This document shows, in pieces, positions 38,834 to 48,200 of a stretch of 64,000 nt of DNA. A program made the position numbers and the translations under genes. A model generated the notes under the pieces. That model saw nothing but the letters and a program-made list of their open reading frames with translations, searched no databases and was not told the origin of the DNA. Every line of letters starts with the position of its first letter. The stretch's first letter is position 1. The DNA comes from Candidatus Moraniibacteriota bacterium (GTDB taxonomy: Bacteria > Patescibacteriota > Minisyncoccia > Moranbacterales > UBA2206). The stretch lies in NCBI GenBank assembly GCA_013334765.1, contig JAAXWW010000003.1, positions 49,354 to 113,353 on the forward strand, in the 5' to 3' direction.

Positions 38834-39859
38834 TTAATGGTTAACGGGGAATTTCTTGAGCTCTGACATAAGGCTATCAATTTTGATGACCTTGGCCGCG
38901 ATCCTTCTGTCAGCTGCGCCATAAAAAATAACCAAATCTTCGCCATCAATGAAAGCTGCCGTTGGAAAAACCACGTTAGCGACATCTCCATCCTTTTCCC
39001 AACTTTCCTCAGGAGAAAAGAGCGGTTCAGGAAGCCTGGCTATGACTTTCCCTGGATCATTCTTGTCCAGCAAGGCTGCGCTCGCTCGATATATATGGCC
39101 CGACAAACTGTCTTCCACTGCATGATATATCAGAAGCCAGCCGTCTTCGGTTTCCAGCGGCGGGCATCCTCCGCCGATTTTCCTGCTTTCATACCAATAT
39201 TTCGGATCAAGAACAATACTGTGCGATAACTCGAACAACTGATTAATCCAGAATTCATTAGTCAGTTCAGAAAAATCATCGAAATATACGATCTGCATTC
39301 CTGGCATTACCCGATTGAGCATAGCGAATCTTCCATTGATTTTTTTCGGGAACAACAGCATATCCTTGCTCCAAAGCTTGACGTTCTTACCGATTGATTC
39401 CTTATAATGCCTTCCATACCAAACATATTTTTCAGGCACGTTAGTCTTTTCGAATATTTCCAAAGCCAAATCATATGAGATGATTGGGGAAATGATCCCA
39501 TGCTTTTTGAAAGTCTTGAAATCTTTCGTAGTCGCATAAGCCTCAAGCGCATTTATGCCGTCATAAACAGAATAAAAAACATAATATATTCCCTCGCATT
39601 CGACTATGCGCGGGTCTTCCAGCCCGTGTTTCTCGTATTCATGTTCGGGAGAAAGCACAGGATAATTCAACCGTTCTATGACCTTGAAATCCTTCAATTT
39701 GCAATATCCTATGGTTGAAAGATTGCCTTCATGCACTGCTCGATAGAGCATATGAACCGTATCACCGATCTTGATGCAGCCGGGATTAAGCACAGCTTGA
39801 TTTTCAAAATCAAGCTCTGTCCTTTCAAGTATTATTCCTTTATTTTCAATTTTGATCAT
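38834..39859 (-). CDS. GH130-family glycosidase/phosphorylase
   Basis: VLNPG, GLEDPRI, KIGGGCPP, GDVANVVFP, YGAAD. Confidence 0.85.
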   Translation of the reverse strand: MIKIENKGIILERTELDFENQAVLNPGCIKIGDTVHMLYRAVHEGNLSTIGYCKLKDFKVIERLNYPVLSPEHEYEKHGLEDPRIVECEGIYYVFYSVYDGINALEAYATTKDFKTFKKHGIISPIISYDLALEIFEKTNVPEKYVWYGRHYKESIGKNVKLWSKDMLLFPKKINGRFAMLNRVMPGMQIVYFDDFSELTNEFWINQLFELSHSIVLDPKYWYESRKIGGGCPPLETEDGWLLIYHAVEDSLSGHIYRASAALLDKNDPGKVIARLPEPLFSPEESWEKDGDVANVVFPTAAFIDGEDLVIFYGAADRRIAAKVIKIDSLMSELKKFPVNH

Positions 39860-39916
39860 TTTTTATATTCTTATTGGTTATACGTCATGCAGACCATTCG
39901 GATGCGTATTGCCTGA

Positions 39917-39946
39917 AAAAAAAGTCCTGAACAAATATTCAGGACC
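39917..39946 (-). terminator. Intrinsic terminator upstream of GH130 gene
   Basis: GTCCTGAA/TTCAGGAC stem plus T8. Confidence 0.65.
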
Positions 39947-40165
39947 AATAAAACTAGAACATAACGATGAACGAGAAAAAACACTATCCGAGTGGAAATT
40001 AAAAAAGATAATGGTACTTATATATCTGATTTAATGATTAGATGGCTTTATCAAGCCTTGATTCATTTTTTTTATATTTAATTATAGCATGATGCTCAAA
40101 AAAATTCCAGGACAAGAAAAAAAGCTCGGCTTCCCAAGCTCTTTTTGTGTAGCTAAATTCAGTTG

Positions 40166-40564
40166 TTATTCAGTCGTTTTTCCGTCAAATTCAGCGTCAT
40201 TAGCCTCGGCTTCTTCTTTGGTGGATCTGATGATTCCGTCCTTGTGATGAGCCGGAGAATAGATCGTATACATTTTCAGATCCTCAGTGGCGGAAGTGTT
40301 GATCACGTTATGCTGAGCTCCGGCAGGAACGATGATCGCCACTCCATCCTTCAGCTCATATTCATTCCCGTCAATAATGCATTTTCCTTCTCCTTTTTCG
40401 AAACGGAAGAACTGGTCGTTTTCCTCATGGACTTCCATTCCGATCTCCTCTCCTGGAAGAAGGCTCATAAGAACCAACTGACTGTTCTTTCCTGTATAGA
40501 GCACCTTGCGGAAATTAATATTTTCCACGGTTTCCTTTTCGATGTTCGCAAAAAATCCTTTCAT
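40166..40564 (-). CDS. Cupin-domain protein
   Basis: SQLVLMSL, EIGMEVH, DQFFR, HNVINT, YSPAHH. Confidence 0.9.
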   Translation of the reverse strand: MKGFFANIEKETVENINFRKVLYTGKNSQLVLMSLLPGEEIGMEVHEENDQFFRFEKGEGKCIIDGNEYELKDGVAIIVPAGAQHNVINTSATEDLKMYTIYSPAHHKDGIIRSTKEEAEANDAEFDGKTTE

Positions 40565-40652
40565 ATTATTTTTTATTAATGGTTATGCTTGTATTATAAA
40601 TCCTAACAGCCGTAATTACAATTCATTAAATAAGCATGCACACTAAAGAAAC

Positions 40653-41879
40653 CTAGCTTTTCGCTGCAAGCGCCTTTTTCATCATCGGACCGCTAATGAG
40701 GCTTGTCACTATAGCCATTACCAGGAGAGCCACGAAAACCCTTTCGTCTATTATTTTCGCCTGATAGGCAGAAGTGACAAGAATGACTCCCACTGCTCCC
40801 CTAGCGTTCATTCCGAACCCGACCGCCAAAGATTCCCTGGAGTTCAGCTTCGAAATCCTGGCTCCCAGCCAGACCCCGCCCACCTTTCCGATAGTGGCGA
40901 TCGCAATGACTATCAGCACTAAGGAAAGATCGAAATTCTTGGCCAGGTTCACACCCAAACCGACTGAAACGAAATACAAAGGAGAGAAAACGGACATAAC
41001 CACCTTGCGGAGAGAATCATGCATCTTGTGCGGCTCGCAATTGGAAAAAGCCAGCCCCACAAGGAAGGCCCCTAGGACAGCATGGATGCCGGAGCGTTCC
41101 GCCAGGGCGGATGAAGCAAGAACGAGCGCCACCGTCACTCCCAGGAACAGGTTATCGCCGTCCGTTCTCTTCTCGCACCAGGCCACCAGCTTCCCGGTCA
41201 ACCTGTTGCCATATGTGATGGCGAAGAAGAACATGGCCAGCACCACTCCCACGGTTATGAGCGGATTCATGTGCCCCGCTCCGCTAGGAACGAAATATGC
41301 AGTGAGAACCGCGAAGAGGATCCATCCGACAATATCGTCGATAGTGGCGGTAGCCAGGATGATCGAACCGACCTTGCTCTTGAGCATTCCCATATCCATC
41401 AGGATCCTCGCGATGACCGGAAGAGCGGAAATGGACAGGGCCGTTCCGATGAACAGCGGCAGAAGCAAACCGTTCTCAGACGGGACATAATCCCATATTT
41501 TCGGAAAAAGGAAAACGGAAGACGCTCCCAAGACAAAGGGGAATGCCGAGCCGAAGAGGCTCGTCCAAAGGATGGTCTTCTTCAGCTCTTTGACTTTGGA
41601 TAGATTCACTTCCAGCCCGACTATGAAAAGGAGAAGGATCGCTCCGAATTTCAAAAGCACATCCCTGGAAACGATGATCGGGCTGGAATAGGAGAAAAGC
41701 CAGTTCTGCGCTTCAGGGAAGAACGTTCCCATGATCGTCGGCCCGAAAACTATCCCGCCGATGAGCTCGCCGATGATTTTCGGCATCCCGAACTTATGAG
41801 CCAGGCGGCCGGAAAAGATCGCTACGAGAAGCAATATGGAAAAGGAGAATATGAATATGATCAAATCAGCGTGACACAT
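40653..41879 (-). CDS. CPA2 cation:proton antiporter
   Basis: PKIIGELIGGIVFGP, SISALPV, DDIVGW, GMNARG. Confidence 0.9.
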   Translation of the reverse strand: MCHADLIIFIFSFSILLLVAIFSGRLAHKFGMPKIIGELIGGIVFGPTIMGTFFPEAQNWLFSYSSPIIVSRDVLLKFGAILLLFIVGLEVNLSKVKELKKTILWTSLFGSAFPFVLGASSVFLFPKIWDYVPSENGLLLPLFIGTALSISALPVIARILMDMGMLKSKVGSIILATATIDDIVGWILFAVLTAYFVPSGAGHMNPLITVGVVLAMFFFAITYGNRLTGKLVAWCEKRTDGDNLFLGVTVALVLASSALAERSGIHAVLGAFLVGLAFSNCEPHKMHDSLRKVVMSVFSPLYFVSVGLGVNLAKNFDLSLVLIVIAIATIGKVGGVWLGARISKLNSRESLAVGFGMNARGAVGVILVTSAYQAKIIDERVFVALLVMAIVTSLISGPMMKKALAAKS

Positions 41880-41941
41880 ATGTTTGATTTTAACTAATTT
41901 ATTTTACCTAAAATGCCAACTTCCAATAAAAACACTATCAG

Positions 41942-42014
41942 TGTCCTCGGCAGGAATCGGACCTGCGGCCTTCTGGACCGGAACCAGACGCTCTATCCAC
42001 TGAGCTACGAAGAC
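41942..42014 (-). tRNA. tRNA-Arg(CCG)
   Basis: Cloverleaf: acceptor GTCTTCG/CGAGGAC, D-arm GCTC/GAGC, anticodon arm TCTGG-TTCCGGT-CCAGA, T-loop TCCGATT; CCA not encoded. Confidence 0.9.
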
Positions 42015-42068
42015 AATAAATTATTATTATTCTATTCAAGCAAGGATACCAACCATAATAGGGCGAGA

Positions 42069-43175
42069 TCAAAAATCCTTATGTCCGGAACTATTCAGTT
42101 CCTTTTTCGCTTTCTTGATGAACTTCCCGAACTGGCGGTCTTTTTCCTTTTTTTCCTTCCTGCTCATCTCATGATGTTCGGCTTCTTTTTTCAGGCTGAT
42201 ATAGTTGGAATATTTTTCCTTATCCAGTTTCCCTGACTCCAATTCAGAAAGCACATTGCAGCCTGGTTCCTGGATGTGCGTGCAGTCGGTATATTTGCAC
42301 TTTTCGGCTAGCGCTGCGATCTCGTCGAACAGTTCATCTATGCCTTCGAGCGCATCCGTCATCCCCACCTCGCGCACGCCGGGATTGTCGATAACGATGC
42401 CTCCGTCAGCCAGGAAATACATTTCCCGGCTCGTGGTGACATGCCTCCCTCTTCCTGAAAGCGATCCAATATCGCCTGTCTTCGCAGCCTCCGAACCAAG
42501 CAATCTGTTGATCAAAGTCGATTTCCCGACGCCCGATGAACCCAGGAAGCAATACGTCTTGCCTTTGACTATATATTTTTTCAATTCCTCCAGCCCTTCA
42601 AGAGTCTTGGTGCTGGTCGCGATGACATCAATATCGCCGAACCGCTCCTTGATCCGACTCAAACTCGAATCCAGTTCTTCCTGCGGAATCAAGTCTATCT
42701 TGTTGAGTATCATGGCCGGCTTCACCCCGCCGTCCTTCGCGATAGCGAAATAGCGTTCGAACCGGTTCAGGTTGAAGTCCCTGCCGACGGATTCGACAAT
42801 GAAAGCCACGTCGACATTCGCGGCTATGACCTGGACTTCGCTTTTTTCGCCGACTCTGTTCCTGTCCCCATATTTCCTTTTGATTATCGTCCTTCTGGGC
42901 AACACGCCCCTGATCACCCACTGTTCTTTGTCGGCCTCAGAAATCGCCACCCAATCACCCACGGCAGGATAATCCTCTCTCGATGCAGCCTTCCATATCT
43001 GCTTTCCGGTGATCTTGGCCGGATATTCGCCGTTGGCGTTCCTGACCCGATAACCGCCCCTATGTTCAGCGACCACTCTGGCGACTTCAAAACCGTCCAA
43101 CCCGAGTTCTGTCCGGTTGGATTCGAAAAAGCCGTCATAGCCCAAGTCTTCGATTTTCATTATTTCTGCATCCAT
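42069..43175 (-). CDS. rsgA: Ribosome small subunit-dependent GTPase A
   Basis: PAVGDW, NKID, GSSGVGKST, GRHVTT, DNPG, C-terminal Cys/His Zn finger. Confidence 0.95.
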   Translation of the reverse strand: MDAEIMKIEDLGYDGFFESNRTELGLDGFEVARVVAEHRGGYRVRNANGEYPAKITGKQIWKAASREDYPAVGDWVAISEADKEQWVIRGVLPRRTIIKRKYGDRNRVGEKSEVQVIAANVDVAFIVESVGRDFNLNRFERYFAIAKDGGVKPAMILNKIDLIPQEELDSSLSRIKERFGDIDVIATSTKTLEGLEELKKYIVKGKTYCFLGSSGVGKSTLINRLLGSEAAKTGDIGSLSGRGRHVTTSREMYFLADGGIVIDNPGVREVGMTDALEGIDELFDEIAALAEKCKYTDCTHIQEPGCNVLSELESGKLDKEKYSNYISLKKEAEHHEMSRKEKKEKDRQFGKFIKKAKKELNSSGHKDF

Positions 43176-43276
43176 TCCGTCATTGTAGCATAAAAACAGG
43201 GTTTTATCCCTGCTTTCAAAGTTCATGACAAGCTGTTTATATTCCTTTGCAATCAGTCTTGATAGATTGCAAATCC

Positions 43277-44128
43277 CTACAACACAGTCCCGAAATCGAT
43301 ATCCTTGGCATAATCGACTTTGCCTTCATGCTTTCCCATCGTATGTTCAGAGGACTGGCTGGTATATTCAAGGATTATTTTCTTTTTCTCTTCAACTGAC
43401 AGATCCTTGTTATTTATAGCAGGTCCGCCGATACATCCGCCATCGCAGTTGAGCAAATCCAAGAATCGATATTTCGATTCCCCCGTCTTGATGTCTTCCA
43501 ATATCTTTCTGATATTCAATATGCCATCAGTCACCGATATCTCCCCTTCTTTGAAAAGCTTTCCCAAATGGGAAGTCGAGGCCAACCCTCCCGAGATAGG
43601 ATATATTTTGGTATATTCCCTGACAAAAGAGTCGAAATAATAATCTTTCTTGAAATCATCTTCTTTGATGCCTTCTTCATTAAAAATCTGTTTCAGTTCT
43701 TGGAGAGTCATGACCGCATCTATGAAATCCGGGAATTTCGGCGCCTCGATATTCTCTTTGGCATGGCAAGGAGAGATGAAAACAACTTTGTAATCCGGAT
43801 GATGCTTTTTATAGATCATAGCCATAGCCGCCATCGGAGAAACTATCGGCATCAGAAATTCCGCAAATTCAGGATACTGCGATTGAATGAACGATACGAC
43901 AGTGGGGCAAGGAGAGGAAATGAAAAGCTTCTGATCGGGATGGCTTTTGACATAATCAGCGTATGCCCAGTTGACCATTCTCGCTCCGTATGTCAGCTCC
44001 GTAACCTTATCGAATCCGAGATGGCGGAGCATTCCGATGATATTCGGATACTTGAAATCAAGAGCGAAAGTCGGTGCCAGCATCGCTATCGATTTATTGT
44101 TTTTTATGAGGTCTGCTTTTTTATTCAT
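43277..44128 (-). CDS. Stand-alone [FeFe]-hydrogenase H-domain-like (Fe_hyd_lg_C) protein
   Basis: SSPCP, ISPCHAK, LLNCDGGCIGGP motifs; no ferredoxin domains. Confidence 0.75.
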   Translation of the reverse strand: MNKKADLIKNNKSIAMLAPTFALDFKYPNIIGMLRHLGFDKVTELTYGARMVNWAYADYVKSHPDQKLFISSPCPTVVSFIQSQYPEFAEFLMPIVSPMAAMAMIYKKHHPDYKVVFISPCHAKENIEAPKFPDFIDAVMTLQELKQIFNEEGIKEDDFKKDYYFDSFVREYTKIYPISGGLASTSHLGKLFKEGEISVTDGILNIRKILEDIKTGESKYRFLDLLNCDGGCIGGPAINNKDLSVEEKKKIILEYTSQSSEHTMGKHEGKVDYAKDIDFGTVL

Positions 44129-44187
44129 ATTTTGTTTATTTTAATCATTTTTTCCATTCTACCACGAAAAACATCTTTCATAATTCT

Positions 44188-44553
44188 TTATTGCATTTTA
44201 GTCCAGCCTCGTCTGATGATTTCAGACTTGAAGAATCTCTCTTGGAAATCAACAGCCTTGATGATATCTTCATTGCTTACATTTTCTACCGATGATGGGA
44301 TAATTATAAGCTTATCATCTCGGTCATTGGTCCTATGAACCACGGCAATGCACTTTCCGGTATATTTTTCGACCGGATAATCTATGCCGATGAGATATGC
44401 GTCTATTTCTTCCCCATCAGGAGCCTTGGTGTCCGGAACAAATCCATAATTAACGCCATACACGAATCCGTATTTCGGATGCTTCGAACCGATCGGACGG
44501 TCGATATTTATTCCTATTTCCTTGCCGATGAATCGGGTGACGTAATTTTCCAT
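44188..44553 (-). CDS. Small inorganic pyrophosphatase-family protein
   Basis: IDRPIGSKHP, NYGFVPDT, DGEEIDAY, DDKL. Confidence 0.85.
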   Translation of the reverse strand: MENYVTRFIGKEIGINIDRPIGSKHPKYGFVYGVNYGFVPDTKAPDGEEIDAYLIGIDYPVEKYTGKCIAVVHRTNDRDDKLIIIPSSVENVSNEDIIKAVDFQERFFKSEIIRRGWTKMQ

Positions 44554-44755
44554 GGATTCATACTATCAGAAATTGAAATTCAATGGTAGTTGGATAAAAA
44601 AATACCTATCCAATGAGTGCTTCTATTTCTTGCAACTGGTTAGCAATTCTCAGTATTATAAACCTCTTAAAAAAAGAAAGGGGAGCCAGCAATCTGCCAA
44701 CTCCCCCATAGAAGCCTCTAGAAATCATCCGATATCATTCATTCTGACTATTATC

Positions 44756-45223
44756 TTAATTACTTTCATCTTTATTGCTATTCTCTCCAATCTCTCCCGT
44801 AGGCTCGTTCCCATGCAACAAAAGCGGCGCCACCTCAATAATTTTTTTGGTCGACGGACGAAATAATATTGCCTGTTTGGCATCGGCATAAATCAGGACC
44901 TTATCTCCGTTTTCAGCTTTTTTGAAAAAACTCTGGTCTTTTAATTTCTCTTTATCCTGAACAGTAGCCATTGAAGGCGTTCCTTCAGGAAGTTCCATCA
45001 ATTTACCAAGCTCGGAAATTACAAATTGCGTTTCTTCCTGAGAAACCACTTGCGGATTGTCTTTAATTTTTTTGTACTGCTTGTAATAATACGCGGCTAC
45101 CCCAGCGAGTCCGACGATTATCAGAAAAACGATAACTTTGAAAAAATATTTCCTTTTTTTCTTCGGCTGCGCGGTAACTGCCGCTTCTTCTCTTGAAATT
45201 TCTTCTGCAATTTTTCTCGCCAT
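44756..45223 (-). CDS. Membrane-anchored hypothetical protein (paralogue of 50657-51010)
   Basis: One TM; QSFFKKAENGDKV...ILFRPSTKKII. Confidence 0.75.
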   Translation of the reverse strand: MARKIAEEISREEAAVTAQPKKKRKYFFKVIVFLIIVGLAGVAAYYYKQYKKIKDNPQVVSQEETQFVISELGKLMELPEGTPSMATVQDKEKLKDQSFFKKAENGDKVLIYADAKQAILFRPSTKKIIEVAPLLLHGNEPTGEIGENSNKDESN

Positions 45224-45261
45224 ATTTTTTGATTAAATTATTTATTTTGTTTTTATTAACG

Positions 45262-48200
45262 CTAATTTGCCTGAGTGTCAGCTGATGAACTGCTATCGCT
45301 GCTTGCAGAACCGGATTCAGAGCTATCGGACGCGGAATCAGTTGAACCTGAATCGCTATCCGAAGAGCTGTTTCCTGAAGTGTCAGTTGATCCGGAACCA
45401 GCCGATGAGCTTGAATCATCGCTGTCTGTGCCAGTTGCAGTTGTCGTTACTGCCCCGCTGCTATTGGGTACGTTACTGTCTACGCTACTCGGAACGTCAC
45501 TGTCATCACCTGAGCTATCCTCGGAATTATTCGAGCCATCGCTTGAAGTTGTCTTGGCGCTTTTCACTGAAATTGCCGTCCAGGAAAAATTCACATCATC
45601 ATCTTCTTTTTCTTTTATCATAATCTCAAATCCTTTGGATGTCACGTTCTTTACTTTATACTGGGTGGAAATAAAATTGTTCGGAGTGATAGTCACAATT
45701 GGCGCATTAGCATATTCTTTTTCAAATTTCACTTCCACTCCGGTGTCATCTGATTCAATGATGGCAAACCCGGCTGTATCAGAATTGAAAGTCACAATTT
45801 TGTCCGCTGTGACATTTCCAGCAAATTCCACATCATTTTTGAACACGACTTTGTCGATAAATTCAGCCAATTTCTTGAACACGGCTGGCCCCTGAAATTC
45901 CACTGAGCTCTTGAAAGTTACTCCACCGGAAACTTGCAGATCTTTCAGCTTCAAAGACAATTCCGTTCCGGTAATTTTGGCTTGCAACAGGGCTAGTTGT
46001 TCACTGATGTCGTTTAGGGCTTGTCCTTGAGCCACCAATTGAGCATCAACATCAGACAACTGCGACCCTGAAACAAAATCGAGACCTTCGATACGATTGG
46101 CTTGAATTGTATCAGCCACCACTGTTCCTTTAAAAACTGTTTTACCATCTTCCGAGGAAACAATATTTTGCGTACGCAAATCAAGCACGGTAATTTCATT
46201 AATATTAGCTTCGATTTCTCCTTGCTGATCCTGAATAGCCTTAATGGCAATAACACCAAAGCGATCGTAGGTGAGACCGTAACAATTATCCCCAGTTGAA
46301 ATATCACAAGCATCCGGGTCATCGGGAATATCAACTAGGTCTGGGAAAAGAGATAAGACATCTTGTGCAATAAAACCAAGTTCGGTTCTTGAAGATCCGA
46401 TTATATTGTACGTGACTGGATTTAATTCAAGCACCTTCTTTAAGGTCTCTGAATCTAAACTGGAAATGTTCTCTTTCCTTCTGCTATCAGAAGTAGCAGT
46501 CCAGGAAGTAGAGTCCTGAGCTAAGTAAACACCCGTATCATCACCATAATCACGAATTTTAAGTTTATCAGAATCACCGGAAGAAGAAATAATATGCCAT
46601 CTAGAAGCTCCACTGGAATTCTTAAAAATTAATTGTGGAGAGTAAGAAGCATTACCTGCCTGAATAACAAAATTTGTATCACTTGCATCATTGCCCATAA
46701 CACGCATGGTCGTCGCTCCAGCAGCACGGATATCAAGACCATAGCTAGGACTCGTCGTCCCAACCCCAACATTACCATTAGCTAAAACTGTAAGTCCCGA
46801 TCCGGCAGTGGAATTGGAAGCAATTCTGGCAATAATTCCATTAGTAGCAGCACCAGTGTTAGCAACATACAGAAGTCCGTTAGTGGAATTAAGTGAGGCA
46901 CTGCTTGAAGTAAGGCTCAGCAACCCACCAGTAGTAAGCGCATTACCGGTCATAGTGAGACCAGTTTGTGTAGTTGCCGTTGACCAATTCCAAGTTTGGG
47001 CATAATTGGTGTTATCTATAGCATTAGTATCTATTGCTGCAGCTAAAGCATCCATAGTGATACTACCTCCTGTGCTATCATAGCCAATGTTTTCAATATA
47101 GGCGCTTGGATATGGACCTGATCCTGATTGACCAATAAAAGAATATTGATTTCCACTCAAGAGAACTAATCTAACTTGGGTATCTACAGTAGGGGTGATA
47201 ACGGCGACAGCGTTATCCGCTACCGGAGCGGAATTAGATGCATTGCTACCACCATCAATTTGGCCCATTTCTCCAATATATGATGAACTGGTCGCATTGT
47301 ACCATTGCCATCTCATGTAACCACTGGTTCCAGAAAAACCAGCATATCCAACATTACCAGAAAGTCGGTATGACTTTCCGGCGGCAAGTGTAAATGTATT
47401 GTTGCTACTGCTGAAAGAAATATCCGAGCCTTGATGCGTTGCTAATGATGAATTGAATGCAACCGTGGTGCCGGCACTAAGGCTACTCTGCGAGGTGGAG
47501 GCGCGCGCTTGATAAAAATCATAAGAGTTGCTTGCAGTATCGCCACGATTATCAGCAATAATCCAGGAATTAGAACCGTCAGAACGAATAGTGACTGATT
47601 CATATTGTGAATCAAGTATAATACTATCAGTAGAAACATTTATTTTTTCACCACTATATGGTTCCACCATAACGGGATTAGTAGAGGCATCGGTCTTTAC
47701 TATCTCTATTTCTTTACCATCATTCCCAACGGCAGTAGGAAGTACTATGGATGAAGCTGTGTTAAAAGCGCTAGCTTTTATCAAATAATTCCAATCTGAA
47801 AGTATGCCTCCGCCTGAACCAAGAGTCATAACCGAGAGGGCACTGGTGCTGCTACCGCCAATAGCAGACCCGTTCCATTTTAAAGTGCCGGAATCATTGG
47901 ACAGAGCCACTCCGCCAATGTAAATTGTATTATTTGAAGCATATATTTCATTCCACTGCTTGGAAGAAGATCCTAGATTATAAGTATTGGTAGTTCCGGG
48001 CAAGATATTCCCATTTACTGTCACGTTGCCGTCTAGAACAATATTCCCTTTCAAGGTAACCGTGTCTAAGGCAGAACCAATATTTATCGTGTCGGCTGTG
48101 GTGTTATCTGTAGCAATGTTAACAGTTTTTCCGGCTGTTCCTGTAGCTATATTGACTGCGCCCGTCGAATTTGAATCAAGAGCAATGGTGCCAGTTCCAC

